From: an uncultured virus (IMG/VR IMGVR_UViG_3300034082_002390)
Lineage: Duplodnaviria; Heunggongvirae; Uroviricota; Caudoviricetes
IMG/VR virus record: IMGVR_UViG_3300034082_002390
DNA: 60,650 nucleotides
Reading direction: 5' to 3' (one strand)
Made by a program: the position numbers and the translations under genes. The notes under the pieces are model-generated. The model was not told the DNA's origin and searched no databases. It saw only the letters and a program-made list of their open reading frames with translations. Below, piece by piece: positions 10,078-19,902 of this stretch; within the stretch, counting starts at the first letter, position 1, and each line of letters begins with the position of its first letter.

Positions 10078-10542
10078 TTAGGCTAGTTTGAAGCCTGGGT
10101 TTGTGACCAATGTGCCGGACACGTTAACACCAGTAACTGTGCCATCGCTAGAAGTGATCTGCACGTTGCCCAATGCCTGCAGGCTGGTTTGCAATGTGGC
10201 CGCAGTCCAAGCACCGCTTGGGTACACGCCAACAGAGATTTGACCTGTGTTGTCGCCTTCGACCTGGTACATAGCAATAGTAGCTGTCTTCTGAATGTCT
10301 TGGTTGATTTGAACCACAACACCCGGAGTGAACACGCCGCCCGAATAGGTACCAAGTTGGTCACGCAAATCAATTGCGCCAGCAGAACCGTCTTTGACTA
10401 GAATTTTGAAAAAGTCTAGTTTAGGACCAGCCATCTGCACTAGTGCATCAGTAGCGCCGATGTTACCGGTCTGAGGACCGTTGTTGATGTCTAGCGCAAA
10501 TACTGGTTGCGCATCACCATTGAAAGGTGGAAAATATGCCAT
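10078..10542 (-). CDS. Probable abundant virion protein
   Basis: Own TATAAATA promoter (10583-10590), AGGAG SD and terminator; Gly/Thr/Val-rich. Confidence 0.65.
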   Translation of the reverse strand: MAYFPPFNGDAQPVFALDINNGPQTGNIGATDALVQMAGPKLDFFKILVKDGSAGAIDLRDQLGTYSGGVFTPGVVVQINQDIQKTATIAMYQVEGDNTGQISVGVYPSGAWTAATLQTSLQALGNVQITSSDGTVTGVNVSGTLVTNPGFKLA

Positions 10543-10608
10543 TTTGAATCTCCTAATTGTTAATGGGCCTTAGCCCTACACTTATTTATACCAGATATCA
10601 AAAAACAC

Positions 10609-12552
10609 TTACTTGGGGTTGTTTTGTGCGGCGTTTCCTGCTGAAAATACGCCACGATTTACTAACTTTACCAATCCAGTTTTTGTTGGCACAACAAAGC
10701 CCTCACCCTCGGCAGCACCAGCTGTGCTTTGGCCAAGTCCTTGCACTTGTTGTTCCAGTTGCTGGGCTAGATTCAATTTTAAATTATAAATTGCATTCCA
10801 TATAGCCAACAACCCTACATGGGCTTGACTTGGTACCGGTTTATTTGCTGCATCTAGTGTGTATAACTTGCCTGGAACATTATTAGTTTTGGCATTGTAT
10901 TGCCCACTTGCATCTGGGTTACCTGTAACCAGGTCGCTGTATTGTTTAGCACTGGATTTTGTTTTTAACCAGTTGGGCATGCTGAGAGTTGTGCCCCCAA
11001 TGATGCGCTGATTAAAGTATGTTTGCATTTGAGCTCGTGTGCTGGCTGGAAGAGAATTCAACAAGTTGTCCACTGCTGTGCCATAGGTGCTGACTGCTTG
11101 CTTGGCCGAGTTGATCAATCCAGGTGGTGCAGTTAATTTGAATGTGATACCAACATTGGGCTTGATAATATCAACGCCACCTTGCACATTTTGCAGACCC
11201 TTGCCGTCCCAAACTTGCGCTGTTTGATCGCCGAGATTGGCAAACTGTTGGTGTACAACTATGCCCCCAGTTTTGCCGGGGATAGTCTGCCCAAGTTCGC
11301 TATTAGCGGGCACTGTGTATTGCACAAGATTGGGTTTGAATGTGTAGTTGCCACCTTGTGGTTTCAACTCGCCGGCCCACATTAGATCGCCCCAGTAGAA
11401 TCCTGGACCCACTGTGGCTGCATCCAGGCCTGGCCATATTGCTTTGAGTTTGGGATACAGGTCTGTTCTTAAGTTGCCAGATTTTTTCTGTTGATCATAC
11501 TTGACCCAGTCCTCGGGACTCTGTGCCGGATACTTGGCATCAAACATGTACTTGTCCATTACAGCCAAGCGGCCATTGGGCAATCGTCCCCAGATCAAGG
11601 CAGGTTTACCGTCCCACTTGATGGTAGTTTTGCTGGCATTGGCAATTGCCCCTTGAAGGTCTTGTATGGCTTTGCTGGCCGCAGTACTGCCGCCTAGAAA
11701 AAACGCATCTTCGGGGTGTGGTATTCTAGGGTCTTTTTTCTTGACAGGTGCTTCATCTTCAATGATAATGTGGTATCCTTGATTGATAATTCTGTCACGC
11801 AGACGTGCCATGAAACCGCCTTCACTCTCTTGTACCTGTCCGGGTTCTTTCAATCCCTCACGAGCAAGATATTCGCGGAAGTCTGTTAACTTGGCATCTC
11901 GATTTGGATCCTTGTCTAGAGTGGCGTAGATACTCTCAACATTTTTAAGATTATCTTTTGTGGCATTGTTGCCCAGTATGGTTCGAGCCAATTGATCAGG
12001 ATCCAGCGACACCACTTGATTTGTTTGTCGATCAATCACTCCATTAGCGCCAACCTTGAGTCCGCTGTGCTTGGCTAGGCTACTCAACAACACGTTTCGA
12101 GTCATGCCCTTGTAGACTGAATTTGTGCCGCCACCATAGTAGAACACTCCCCAGTCTACGTTGGGGAAAAACATAAAATCTGTTTGAACATACCCTTGCT
12201 TGGGGTCTCCATTGATGGGAGTTCTCAAATGAACCTCGCCACCTTTTTTGATCCAAAGCTTGGGATCTTGACCCATGCTTGTGACCCATTTGTTTAGTCT
12301 TGCAAATACTTCATCTTTAGAGATTTCGTTGCTGTCTACAGCAAGATCCATGTCGCCTGATGTGGGTGCTTTTCCAGTACTGCCCAACCACTTGACTGGC
12401 ATCTGTGTTTCTTGATCAATTGCACTGGAAAAATCAAGACCGCTTATTTTTTCCAACCAGTTGACTGTGCCCGGTACATCGGCTTTGTTGATGCGCTGTG
12501 TCAGTGGCTGACCGCTTGCGTCTTTAAATACATTTCCGCCTTCAGCTAGCAT
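10609..12552 (-). CDS. Pol-beta-like nucleotidyltransferase fused to an ATP-dependent ligase-like domain
   Basis: GSTGKAPTSGDMDLAVD and VQTDFMF (GS..DxD..D); TIKWDGKPA (KxDG), WGDLM, EGEGFVV, LVKLVNR; start refined to MLAEGG at 12552. Confidence 0.6.
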   Translation of the reverse strand: MLAEGGNVFKDASGQPLTQRINKADVPGTVNWLEKISGLDFSSAIDQETQMPVKWLGSTGKAPTSGDMDLAVDSNEISKDEVFARLNKWVTSMGQDPKLWIKKGGEVHLRTPINGDPKQGYVQTDFMFFPNVDWGVFYYGGGTNSVYKGMTRNVLLSSLAKHSGLKVGANGVIDRQTNQVVSLDPDQLARTILGNNATKDNLKNVESIYATLDKDPNRDAKLTDFREYLAREGLKEPGQVQESEGGFMARLRDRIINQGYHIIIEDEAPVKKKDPRIPHPEDAFFLGGSTAASKAIQDLQGAIANASKTTIKWDGKPALIWGRLPNGRLAVMDKYMFDAKYPAQSPEDWVKYDQQKKSGNLRTDLYPKLKAIWPGLDAATVGPGFYWGDLMWAGELKPQGGNYTFKPNLVQYTVPANSELGQTIPGKTGGIVVHQQFANLGDQTAQVWDGKGLQNVQGGVDIIKPNVGITFKLTAPPGLINSAKQAVSTYGTAVDNLLNSLPASTRAQMQTYFNQRIIGGTTLSMPNWLKTKSSAKQYSDLVTGNPDASGQYNAKTNNVPGKLYTLDAANKPVPSQAHVGLLAIWNAIYNLKLNLAQQLEQQVQGLGQSTAGAAEGEGFVVPTKTGLVKLVNRGVFSAGNAAQNNPK

Positions 12553-12799
12553 CACTTTTCCTAACACTGCGGGTAAATTTTGTTGAATCACGATCCCGGA
12601 TAGCATTCAACAACTTTCGAACTAGATTCTCGGCTTGATCTTCCGAGTAAGATTCCTCAATCTGTTCAATTAATCGTATGGCCGAGGCAATAACATTACT
12701 CGCACGACTTTCAATGATGTATTGGCGATCTCGATTTGCATTGCGTTCAACGTAAATAGCGTCTAGTTCTTCTAGAATGCTGCGAGTTTTCTTTTGCAT
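12542..12799 (-). CDS. Hypothetical protein
   Basis: MQKKTRSILEEL start; TAAATA at 12820-12825. Confidence 0.7.
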   Translation of the reverse strand: MQKKTRSILEELDAIYVERNANRDRQYIIESRASNVIASAIRLIEQIEESYSEDQAENLVRKLLNAIRDRDSTKFTRSVRKSDAS

Positions 12800-12858
12800 A
12801 ATAACCAAAACCTTTTTTTTATTTATGGGATAATATTTAATATTAGGAATTGTTTAAA

Positions 12859-14310
12859 TTATGATTGTTTGATTTGTCCCAGCAATTGTTTGAGCTTGCT
12901 GCTCTGCACTTCGGCTGCAACTTTGGGTGCTTGTTCCCAGGCCGGTGTGCCTGTTGCCTTTTCCCAGGTTGATTTACTACTAGCATTGCCTTCAACTTCA
13001 TCGGCGGCCTTGGCTTGACTCTTGGCCTTGATAGACTCGTATATGCTGGGTTTATTAAAAAATCCGCCACTGTTTTCTTGGTCGCCGCCTTCGTCTGTAA
13101 TGCGCATGGTTTCAATGTTGTATTCCAAATCAATTTTTTGTCCTACACCTGTTGAACTACGACTCTTCATACACTGAATCTGATACTTGCCACGTTCTTT
13201 CATGGCACGTGACGTAAAGATGCCAAACACATTATCTGCTGTGTTAATCTTTGAAATGCCGCCTGAAATGTGTGAGTGATCAAACTCAATTTCTTCCACC
13301 GCACTACGATTCAACTGACTTGCTGTGACCAGCAATATGCCAAGTTCCTTGGCCAAGTTTCGTAATTCCTCACTTACATATTTGTCCTTGACAAACAAGT
13401 CGTTGGGACTGACCTTTGCACTCACTGGCATCAACAAATCAAGATAGTCAACCATCACAAAGTCCACTTTGATACCAGTTTGCACTTGTACTTCTTTCAA
13501 GTAACTGCGCACATCATTGATGTTGCTTTGTGCTGGCAAACCTTTTACTCGATACTGCCCCGACTTCTTCCCCACCATTTTAACCTTGAGTTCGGTGGTA
13601 TCAATGTCTTTGCGAATGTCTTTGGTGCTCATACTGGTCAACATAGCGTCAGTTCTCAGAGAAGTTAACTCTTCTGACAGTTCCAGCGTGATGTACACAC
13701 CGCTGAGTCCTTGTTGCAACCAGTTCAGCGCAATGTTCATCATCACAAGTGACTTGCCTGATCCAGAGCCACCTGCAAAAATATTCAACTCGCCTCGACT
13801 AAAGCCACCGTACAACAATCTGTCTAGTTGTGGCCAACCTGTGCTAACTTGGCCGCCTGAGTTGAAATACTTTTCAATACGGGCCTTGGGGTCAGCAAAA
13901 TAATCTGTACCCATGTCCTTGGTAAGCGAAATTTGCACTGCGTCTTTGATTAGTTTCTCAACAGGATCAAAGTCTCCTTTCTCAAGCATGTCTGCTGCCT
14001 TGAGAATCGCACGTTCTAACTCTTGTCGTTTGGTAAATGATTCAAATTCTGCCATGAACCATTCAAAATGCCCCTCGTTCAAGTCGGGCACATGTGCCAA
14101 CGTTACATTGCATGCGGCTGCAATTTGTGATCGGTCAGGTAATGTCTTGTATGTGTTGCTGTGTTCTTTAATAAACTCTGCGGCTTTGCGCAAACTTTTA
14201 TCAAAGTTTTCTGGGTTGTAGATATTTTGTACGCGAACATAACTGGCCGCATCCTCTAACATCATTTCTAAAAATAATTTTTGGACATCAAGTCCGTACT
14301 CTTTTAACAA
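12859..14310 (-). CDS. Replicative DnaB-family helicase (T4 gp41-like)
   Basis: GGSGSGKS Walker A, VMVDYLDL Walker B, TASQLNR, MKSRS. Confidence 0.93.
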   Translation of the reverse strand: MLKEYGLDVQKLFLEMMLEDAASYVRVQNIYNPENFDKSLRKAAEFIKEHSNTYKTLPDRSQIAAACNVTLAHVPDLNEGHFEWFMAEFESFTKRQELERAILKAADMLEKGDFDPVEKLIKDAVQISLTKDMGTDYFADPKARIEKYFNSGGQVSTGWPQLDRLLYGGFSRGELNIFAGGSGSGKSLVMMNIALNWLQQGLSGVYITLELSEELTSLRTDAMLTSMSTKDIRKDIDTTELKVKMVGKKSGQYRVKGLPAQSNINDVRSYLKEVQVQTGIKVDFVMVDYLDLLMPVSAKVSPNDLFVKDKYVSEELRNLAKELGILLVTASQLNRSAVEEIEFDHSHISGGISKINTADNVFGIFTSRAMKERGKYQIQCMKSRSSTGVGQKIDLEYNIETMRITDEGGDQENSGGFFNKPSIYESIKAKSQAKAADEVEGNASSKSTWEKATGTPAWEQAPKVAAEVQSSKLKQLLGQIKQS

Positions 14311-14323
14311 GTTGTTTCCTTAA

Positions 14324-14956
14324 TCAAGTCAACCCAAGCACATGGGTATCTATTATTGTTTTTACTTCCTGATAATTTGTGCACAAATTAGAGTAATTTA
14401 TGTCTGCATGCACAAAATTAAAATTCTGTTGAACTACAGTTTTTCCCAAAATTAGTTGTGGAACATTGTTCAAATATAAATCGTAGTCAAATATATCGTA
14501 TGGTATCTGGTGTGATTTTAAATCAGCAATAACTTGATGATACCGACGATGTTCAGCAAGCCAAGAATTTAAAAAATTCATGTTGACGGTAAATTCAACT
14601 GGTTCAACTGTTTCAAATCGCGAGTAGTGAAACTTATCAACCACCTGCTCAGCATAGTAAAGACTGGCACAACAATCAACTAGATTATTTCGTGTTGTTA
14701 CTACTAACTGCATTGGTACTTCTGCAAGCAACTTAATTATGTCAACAGCAGTGGTATTGTGTTGATATAAATTGGTGCTCAATAGTTTCATCACTGAAGA
14801 TTTTTGTCCGGCTGCCCAGGTATAGACATCATGTGCAATTTCGTCTCCACAGAACGGTTCGTTTAAATTTTTAAAATTAAACAATCTAGCCAATGTAAGC
14901 TGTAGCACCGTTGTGGCAGTTCTTGGCAATCCAAAGATTAGTATGCTAGCTGTCAT
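14324..14956 (-). CDS. Sulfotransferase-like P-loop protein
   Basis: N-terminal FGLPRTATTVL, NEPF, R.NLVD...S (PAPS-binding-like motifs). Confidence 0.55.
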   Translation of the reverse strand: MTASILIFGLPRTATTVLQLTLARLFNFKNLNEPFCGDEIAHDVYTWAAGQKSSVMKLLSTNLYQHNTTAVDIIKLLAEVPMQLVVTTRNNLVDCCASLYYAEQVVDKFHYSRFETVEPVEFTVNMNFLNSWLAEHRRYHQVIADLKSHQIPYDIFDYDLYLNNVPQLILGKTVVQQNFNFVHADINYSNLCTNYQEVKTIIDTHVLGLT

Positions 14957-15941
14957 GCTGTGTCAACTTTTTCAACAGTTGCTTTTTGCGCATTTCAATT
15001 TTGATCTTGCTAGTTTCTCTAGCTTGCATGATCATTACCAATGTTGCCAGCTTACCATGTGCTATTACAGAATCGTTTACATCTTTGCAATTGCCCCAGT
15101 TGGGAATACTAACTGCCCAGCCCAGTTCCACTGCACGGTCAATCAAGTCAATCCCGGCCTTGTCCTGGTCAGGGATCACAGTGACTTGTTTACCCAAATT
15201 GCGTATAAGCCTTGCCTGTGTATCACTGATTGTGCTGTGCATCACAGCCAAGCCCGATATAGATAGTGCACAAAACACACCTTCCATGACCAGCACATGT
15301 TCCCAATCAGAATGTTGTAAGTCAGTACCAAATACATATCCCGGTTGTGTATGATTGATGTACTTAGGGATTTTGTTATCCAGCATCCTAGCACTCCACC
15401 CAACTACTGTGTTATCCCATGTAAAGGGAATGATCACTTGTGGGCGTGTCCAGTGGATGTTGTCGTTTTGCACTGCTGTTAAAAACGGGTAATCATCTGG
15501 TGCACATCTTGATCTCAGGTACTCCCACTGAACCTGATGCTCGGGGCTCACTGGTTCGGCATAGGGAGGAAACTCGTCAAACTCTTCAAATTTGATGTCT
15601 GCTAGATTGTTAACTATGCGTTGGCGATCTTCCAGTATGCCATGTATATTTTTATACTTCAAACTTTCAAGATTCAAATGCTCAATCTCGCTGTCGGGCA
15701 CTCCCAGCCAACTCAACAGTTTCTTGGCCTTGTATGATACGTTGCGTCCCAGAATAAAACTGGCTTTGTAGCCACAGTTGAAACAATGATAACTCCAGCC
15801 TTGCTCATTAGCTTTGAGCCCACCACGTTGACGCTTGTCTTGTTTTTCCCCGTTATGGGAACAACAAACTGCATTGAAACTAATCCAGCCCGATGGAGTT
15901 TGCTTTCTCTTACCTGGCAAGTATTGGACTATATCTATCAT
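14946..15941 (-). CDS. DNA primase (gp61-like: zinc finger plus TOPRIM)
   Basis: AVCC..YHCFNCG zinc finger, VMEG, IPDQDKAG, KDVND; start refined to ATG 15941, 6 nt after a -10 box. Confidence 0.88.
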   Translation of the reverse strand: MIDIVQYLPGKRKQTPSGWISFNAVCCSHNGEKQDKRQRGGLKANEQGWSYHCFNCGYKASFILGRNVSYKAKKLLSWLGVPDSEIEHLNLESLKYKNIHGILEDRQRIVNNLADIKFEEFDEFPPYAEPVSPEHQVQWEYLRSRCAPDDYPFLTAVQNDNIHWTRPQVIIPFTWDNTVVGWSARMLDNKIPKYINHTQPGYVFGTDLQHSDWEHVLVMEGVFCALSISGLAVMHSTISDTQARLIRNLGKQVTVIPDQDKAGIDLIDRAVELGWAVSIPNWGNCKDVNDSVIAHGKLATLVMIMQARETSKIKIEMRKKQLLKKLTQHDS

Positions 15942-15947
15942 CAAACA

Positions 15948-15976
15948 AGTATAACACACTTGCCCCGGGAAATCAA
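15948..15976 (-). promoter_or_regulatory. sigma70-type promoter of the primase-helicase operon (leaderless)
   Basis: TTGATT-17 nt-TATACT with extended TGn; ATG 6 nt downstream. Confidence 0.7.
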
Positions 15977-15991
15977 CTCCTCTCGGGCAAA

Positions 15992-16777
15992 TTATCTATA
16001 TGTGATGAGATCAACGTTGCCGTTGTTGATTCCAAGTTCCAATCGCAAATAAGGATGATATCCTTCAACGTTGATGCCGCGACGATCAGTAGCATTGGTA
16101 AATGTTAATTCGGACACAGTATTGCCAGATTGCAAGTCTTCAAAGGGAATAGAATACCATTCCACAGTGTTTGAAGTTGCATCTGTTGCACCCTGAACTG
16201 CAACTGTCCCAGTAAAATCAACTGGATCCAGTTGGAATGTGGTCAAGCTAGAGCCATCGGTGGTCAAGGTACTGGTGTAGTAAATTGAGCTGTCAGGTGC
16301 TTGACTGGGAATAGTCAGCACTTGACTTGCAACAAACGCTGGGAATACAGAATTAACAATGTTGATGTCTCCCCTGGCTCCACTGTAGTCATCAGTAAAC
16401 ACTGCTTGGTTTAACACCCCCGATGAAATTTCAATGCTCCAGCTTGCTGGTTGTGCTTGAAAATACGCTGTGTCCGCAGCTGGTATGGTTACTTTGGATC
16501 GACCCAGCGTGTTGCTGAGACTTACAAGTTCTTTTGCGTACAAAAGATTTTGCCCATCCTGACTGATAATACGGAACGTGAAAGTCGCTCCGGTGATGTT
16601 CACGGGCTTTTGATCTTGATTTTGGAACTGGAACAATATCACATTGTCCACCCCAAGGTTAAGGGTTAATGATTTTGCGTACACTGGCTTCCATCTCCGA
16701 TCGAAATAGGCCCCCGTAACGTCAACCAAAAGTACGGTCTGAATTTGCTGATATAAATAGGCTGTGGTTGCATACAT
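15992..16777 (-). CDS. Hypothetical beta-rich protein, probably virion-associated
   Basis: MYATTAY start with GGAG SD and TAAATA at 16793-16798. Confidence 0.65.
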   Translation of the reverse strand: MYATTAYLYQQIQTVLLVDVTGAYFDRRWKPVYAKSLTLNLGVDNVILFQFQNQDQKPVNITGATFTFRIISQDGQNLLYAKELVSLSNTLGRSKVTIPAADTAYFQAQPASWSIEISSGVLNQAVFTDDYSGARGDINIVNSVFPAFVASQVLTIPSQAPDSSIYYTSTLTTDGSSLTTFQLDPVDFTGTVAVQGATDATSNTVEWYSIPFEDLQSGNTVSELTFTNATDRRGINVEGYHPYLRLELGINNGNVDLITYR

Positions 16778-16797
16778 AGGAATCTCCAACAATATTT

Positions 16798-17175
16798 ATG
16801 GGCGAAAATGTCTTTAAGACTCTAACAGAGCGATACCCTTTTATCACGCTATGCGTGTACGCAGACGCTGAATATCTGGGTGTGGTACAAAACCGAGACG
16901 AGGTGGTTACCACCATCTATGACTTTGGTATGATAGTTGATCCAGTTCAGAAAAAAGTGTTTCTTGAGCTGGCATCTGTCTGGTGGTGGGAAAGCAATCG
17001 TAGCATACCTATCAATATATTTCTTAAAAATGAGTGGGATCCGTTCCGTTTGTATCTAAGAACGTTTGCCAACAAGGATCTTGAAATCTTGCATGGGCCA
17101 GTGTGCAGCCTTAACGATATCTCTCGTAGAAAAAGCAAACGCAGATCCATTACTCTGGTCAAACGCCCAGATTAA
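16798..17175 (+). CDS. Hypothetical protein
   Basis: 125 aa, WWWESNRSIPI motif; fills the gap between minus-strand genes. Confidence 0.7.
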   Translation: MGENVFKTLTERYPFITLCVYADAEYLGVVQNRDEVVTTIYDFGMIVDPVQKKVFLELASVWWWESNRSIPINIFLKNEWDPFRLYLRTFANKDLEILHGPVCSLNDISRRKSKRRSITLVKRPD

Positions 17176-17186
17176 CAACGCTACCA

Positions 17187-17747
17187 TCAATTAAGCAGAT
17201 TCATGTGCAAAGCCACCAAGGCTGCATAACTCACTGCATGCGACTTTTTAAAAGTATACCCTCGGGTAGAGTTGCCGTCCCAAACTTCATCAAAAATTTG
17301 ATCCCAGCTTTTGTTTTGTAAATGTGCTTTGCCCGGGCGTATCAACGAGATAAATGCTGCCATTCTAGGGATACTGTCCGGTTTCATGCTCTGTAATAAA
17401 TTGGTATAATTTCCCACGTGCACCAGCTGCTGACTCCATTCGGGATCTAGCCATAGCCTAGTCCACGGGGGTGTGGCTGTTAACATTTGTTGATAGTGCG
17501 CAGGGCTGTTTATCAATTGATACACACCCATGTTTAAAAAATCTATTTTAAAATACCCACGGTGTTCAGCTTCCTCATATTCAATTGCCGAACACTGGTT
17601 CACAGGATCATAAGGTATGTCTGTTACATACACCCCGGAGTTGTGACGTCGCACCTGCTCCTGCACAACTTGCGCGGCTGGAGTGTGCTGAATCAAGGAC
17701 AATATCTTGTTTCTGTCAGCAAAATCAATGTCAATGTCTGCGCTCAT
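17187..17747 (-). CDS. Miniature DNA polymerase III alpha (DnaE-like) palm/finger core
   Basis: DIDIDF, HNSGVYV, GYFKIDFL, ISLIRPG, YTFKKSHAVSYA, collinear with DnaE motifs. Confidence 0.8.
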   Translation of the reverse strand: MSADIDIDFADRNKILSLIQHTPAAQVVQEQVRRHNSGVYVTDIPYDPVNQCSAIEYEEAEHRGYFKIDFLNMGVYQLINSPAHYQQMLTATPPWTRLWLDPEWSQQLVHVGNYTNLLQSMKPDSIPRMAAFISLIRPGKAHLQNKSWDQIFDEVWDGNSTRGYTFKKSHAVSYAALVALHMNLLN

Positions 17748-18742
17748 GGTGTCTTATTAAAGTACTGGTGTATTTGACTGCTGTGAGTAAACCACTGTGT
17801 TTGCTCAAATGGCAACTCTTTGTTGTAATGTAGTTCTAGTTTAGCACTTAGATAACTTTCTTGCAAGAGGTCCAGGCCAGATATCACAAAACTTTCACCA
17901 GTTACTATACTGTTAAACAAAAAGTCACACTCGGTCTTGGTGTACTTGTAGGGCTGTCGTTTTAGGAACTCGTTGTGTACAGATATAAATTCATGACTGG
18001 GAACAAAGTCAAACCCAAAAGTTTGGGCAACTTTTTTTAATTGTTCTGCAAACAAATCAGTTTTGTAAAAACTTGTGTATGGAATTACAAAAACATTACC
18101 GTTTGTGTTGTAATTCATTTGCTGTTGTATTAACATTGGCCATGACTGATCTGGGATCTTGAATGCCAGCTTAAAAAATTCTCGTAGAATATATCTAGGA
18201 CAGTCTGGCTGCTCACTGGTCAGTGTCAACAATTTCAAGTTGTGTGTGGTCATACACTCGGTTTGTATCCAGGCCGGCAACTGATTGAATTCATCTACAG
18301 TAGCAATATCTGGCCAGGATTCATCTTTGACTGCTTGATAACTATCTCGAAGTTGATTTTTAAAAAACTTGTCAATAATGTTATCCAGGGCGGGTTTGTA
18401 ACTAGAGTTGTTGAGCTTGTGGAATGTGTTTTGTTCCAGCAACTCATTGTCAATGCCAAGCCCGCCTGCTCGCAACAAACATATAGACATCAACGGCAAT
18501 AGGTCATCGGGCAATAGCTGAATTGACAACATGTTGTAGTCATTGGGCAAGATTGATAAATCAGTGTAATGGTGCCCTGACAAAAATTCCACTGGTGATC
18601 CCGGTATGTGCCAGCTGCCATGCGATGATCCTTTTGTATCAAAGGGCGGTCCATTTGTGTCCAGGCCAGCAATAAAGTGATTGCACACATACTCTAGATA
18701 AGCGCCATGGGCACCTGGTTGGAAGTCGATATAAATCATCAC
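17744..18742 (-). CDS. Hypothetical protein, possibly a degenerate P-loop/sulfotransferase fold
   Basis: 332 aa; IDFQPGAHGAYL at the N-terminus. Confidence 0.6.
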   Translation of the reverse strand: MMIYIDFQPGAHGAYLEYVCNHFIAGLDTNGPPFDTKGSSHGSWHIPGSPVEFLSGHHYTDLSILPNDYNMLSIQLLPDDLLPLMSICLLRAGGLGIDNELLEQNTFHKLNNSSYKPALDNIIDKFFKNQLRDSYQAVKDESWPDIATVDEFNQLPAWIQTECMTTHNLKLLTLTSEQPDCPRYILREFFKLAFKIPDQSWPMLIQQQMNYNTNGNVFVIPYTSFYKTDLFAEQLKKVAQTFGFDFVPSHEFISVHNEFLKRQPYKYTKTECDFLFNSIVTGESFVISGLDLLQESYLSAKLELHYNKELPFEQTQWFTHSSQIHQYFNKTP

Positions 18743-19413
18743 CAGCCTGTTTGTTTTAAAATATTTCGCACATAGTCAACTTCATCTGGATTGTCCTTGA
18801 ACTTTTTGCTCCAAAAGTCTGTATCAATGCATGACCATATTATGGCCAATTGACTTGGATTTATACGTGCTAGAAATTCGTTGCCCGAATCACAATTGTA
18901 CAAAATCCAGGCACTAACACGCCCGGTACTCACCGCATAACACAAGGCATTGTCATTGCCATACCGCAAGTAGTCTGCTAGTGGGTTTTGTGTTTTTTCT
19001 TGCCATATCTGGGCTTCTTCAATTGCACGAGTCAATGCATCAGCTATGTTTTCCACACGCAAGTACTCGTTCAAGTACTCGGTATACACTGCATCATTGC
19101 ACCAGTTGTCAATCTTTTTGTTCTGTCTCACAACCCACTCTATAAATCTTGGTGGGTTTACAGCACGAATGGCCTGTATGTGCCGGCCAAACTTTACAAA
19201 CGCACGATAAAACGAACTGCCAGCAAAGTCATCAAATGTTTTGGCCTTGGCAGATCCTTGGGTTATCTCATAGAATCGCAAGTATGCGCGAAGTCCAAGT
19301 TGTACTCCAACTTCTTTCTGCTCTAGAAAGCGTCTCTTTTGTTCACATACGTGCACAGCCAGCGTTTTTTCTTTTACAAAACTACGGCTACAATGTTGGC
19401 AAACAAATGACAT
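18739..19413 (-). CDS. Zinc-finger-containing hypothetical protein
   Basis: MSFVCQHCSRSFVKEKTLAVHVC (C2HC-like); start refined to 19413. Confidence 0.7.
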   Translation of the reverse strand: MSFVCQHCSRSFVKEKTLAVHVCEQKRRFLEQKEVGVQLGLRAYLRFYEITQGSAKAKTFDDFAGSSFYRAFVKFGRHIQAIRAVNPPRFIEWVVRQNKKIDNWCNDAVYTEYLNEYLRVENIADALTRAIEEAQIWQEKTQNPLADYLRYGNDNALCYAVSTGRVSAWILYNCDSGNEFLARINPSQLAIIWSCIDTDFWSKKFKDNPDEVDYVRNILKQTGW

Positions 19414-19452
19414 GTTGTTGGGTGCGTGATCCAGTGTTGATAGTAAGAACAA

Positions 19453-19902
19453 TTACAGTGCTCCGTCAATGCCCATGTCCTTGAGATATGACGATAGTTC
19501 TTTTTTAGAATTAAGCTGACTCATGAGTTCAATTTCATCCATCTTCATATTTGGGTACAACTTCATCAAAAGTTTTTTAACATCGGTGGTGCCTTTGTCT
19601 TTTTTCTTGGGAGAGATCCAATTGTGTGTATGGCATCCTGTATCAGGGCTTACTGCTGTGGCTCCCAGCCATTGCAACTTTGGATGTTTGTTGATAGAGA
19701 AAAAATGTTTGTTGAGATAATGGTTGCAACTTTGTACATAATACTCTTGCAACTCTCTAGGACCTGTAACTTGACTGCTCCACCGTATCATCAAAAAATT
19801 GCTGAACTTCTTGAGTTCGTCAACAGTCAGGCTATCATAGAAGTCTCGATCCTTGGTATCAAGTCTTGCCATCTCGTATCGTATGTTAAGTCTATCGCTC
19901 AC
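19453..19902 (-). CDS. Hypothetical protein, possible clamp-loader small subunit (gp62-like)
   Basis: Size and FLMIRWSS..LQW..WISPKK pattern loosely resemble gp62; replication context. Confidence 0.4.
   Translation of the reverse strand: MSDRLNIRYEMARLDTKDRDFYDSLTVDELKKFSNFLMIRWSSQVTGPRELQEYYVQSCNHYLNKHFFSINKHPKLQWLGATAVSPDTGCHTHNWISPKKKDKGTTDVKKLLMKLYPNMKMDEIELMSQLNSKKELSSYLKDMGIDGAL

Noticed and set aside
12843..13133. 96-aa alternative-frame ORF over the helicase 3' end
   Set aside because: Same-strand overlap with no initiation signal or slippery site seen
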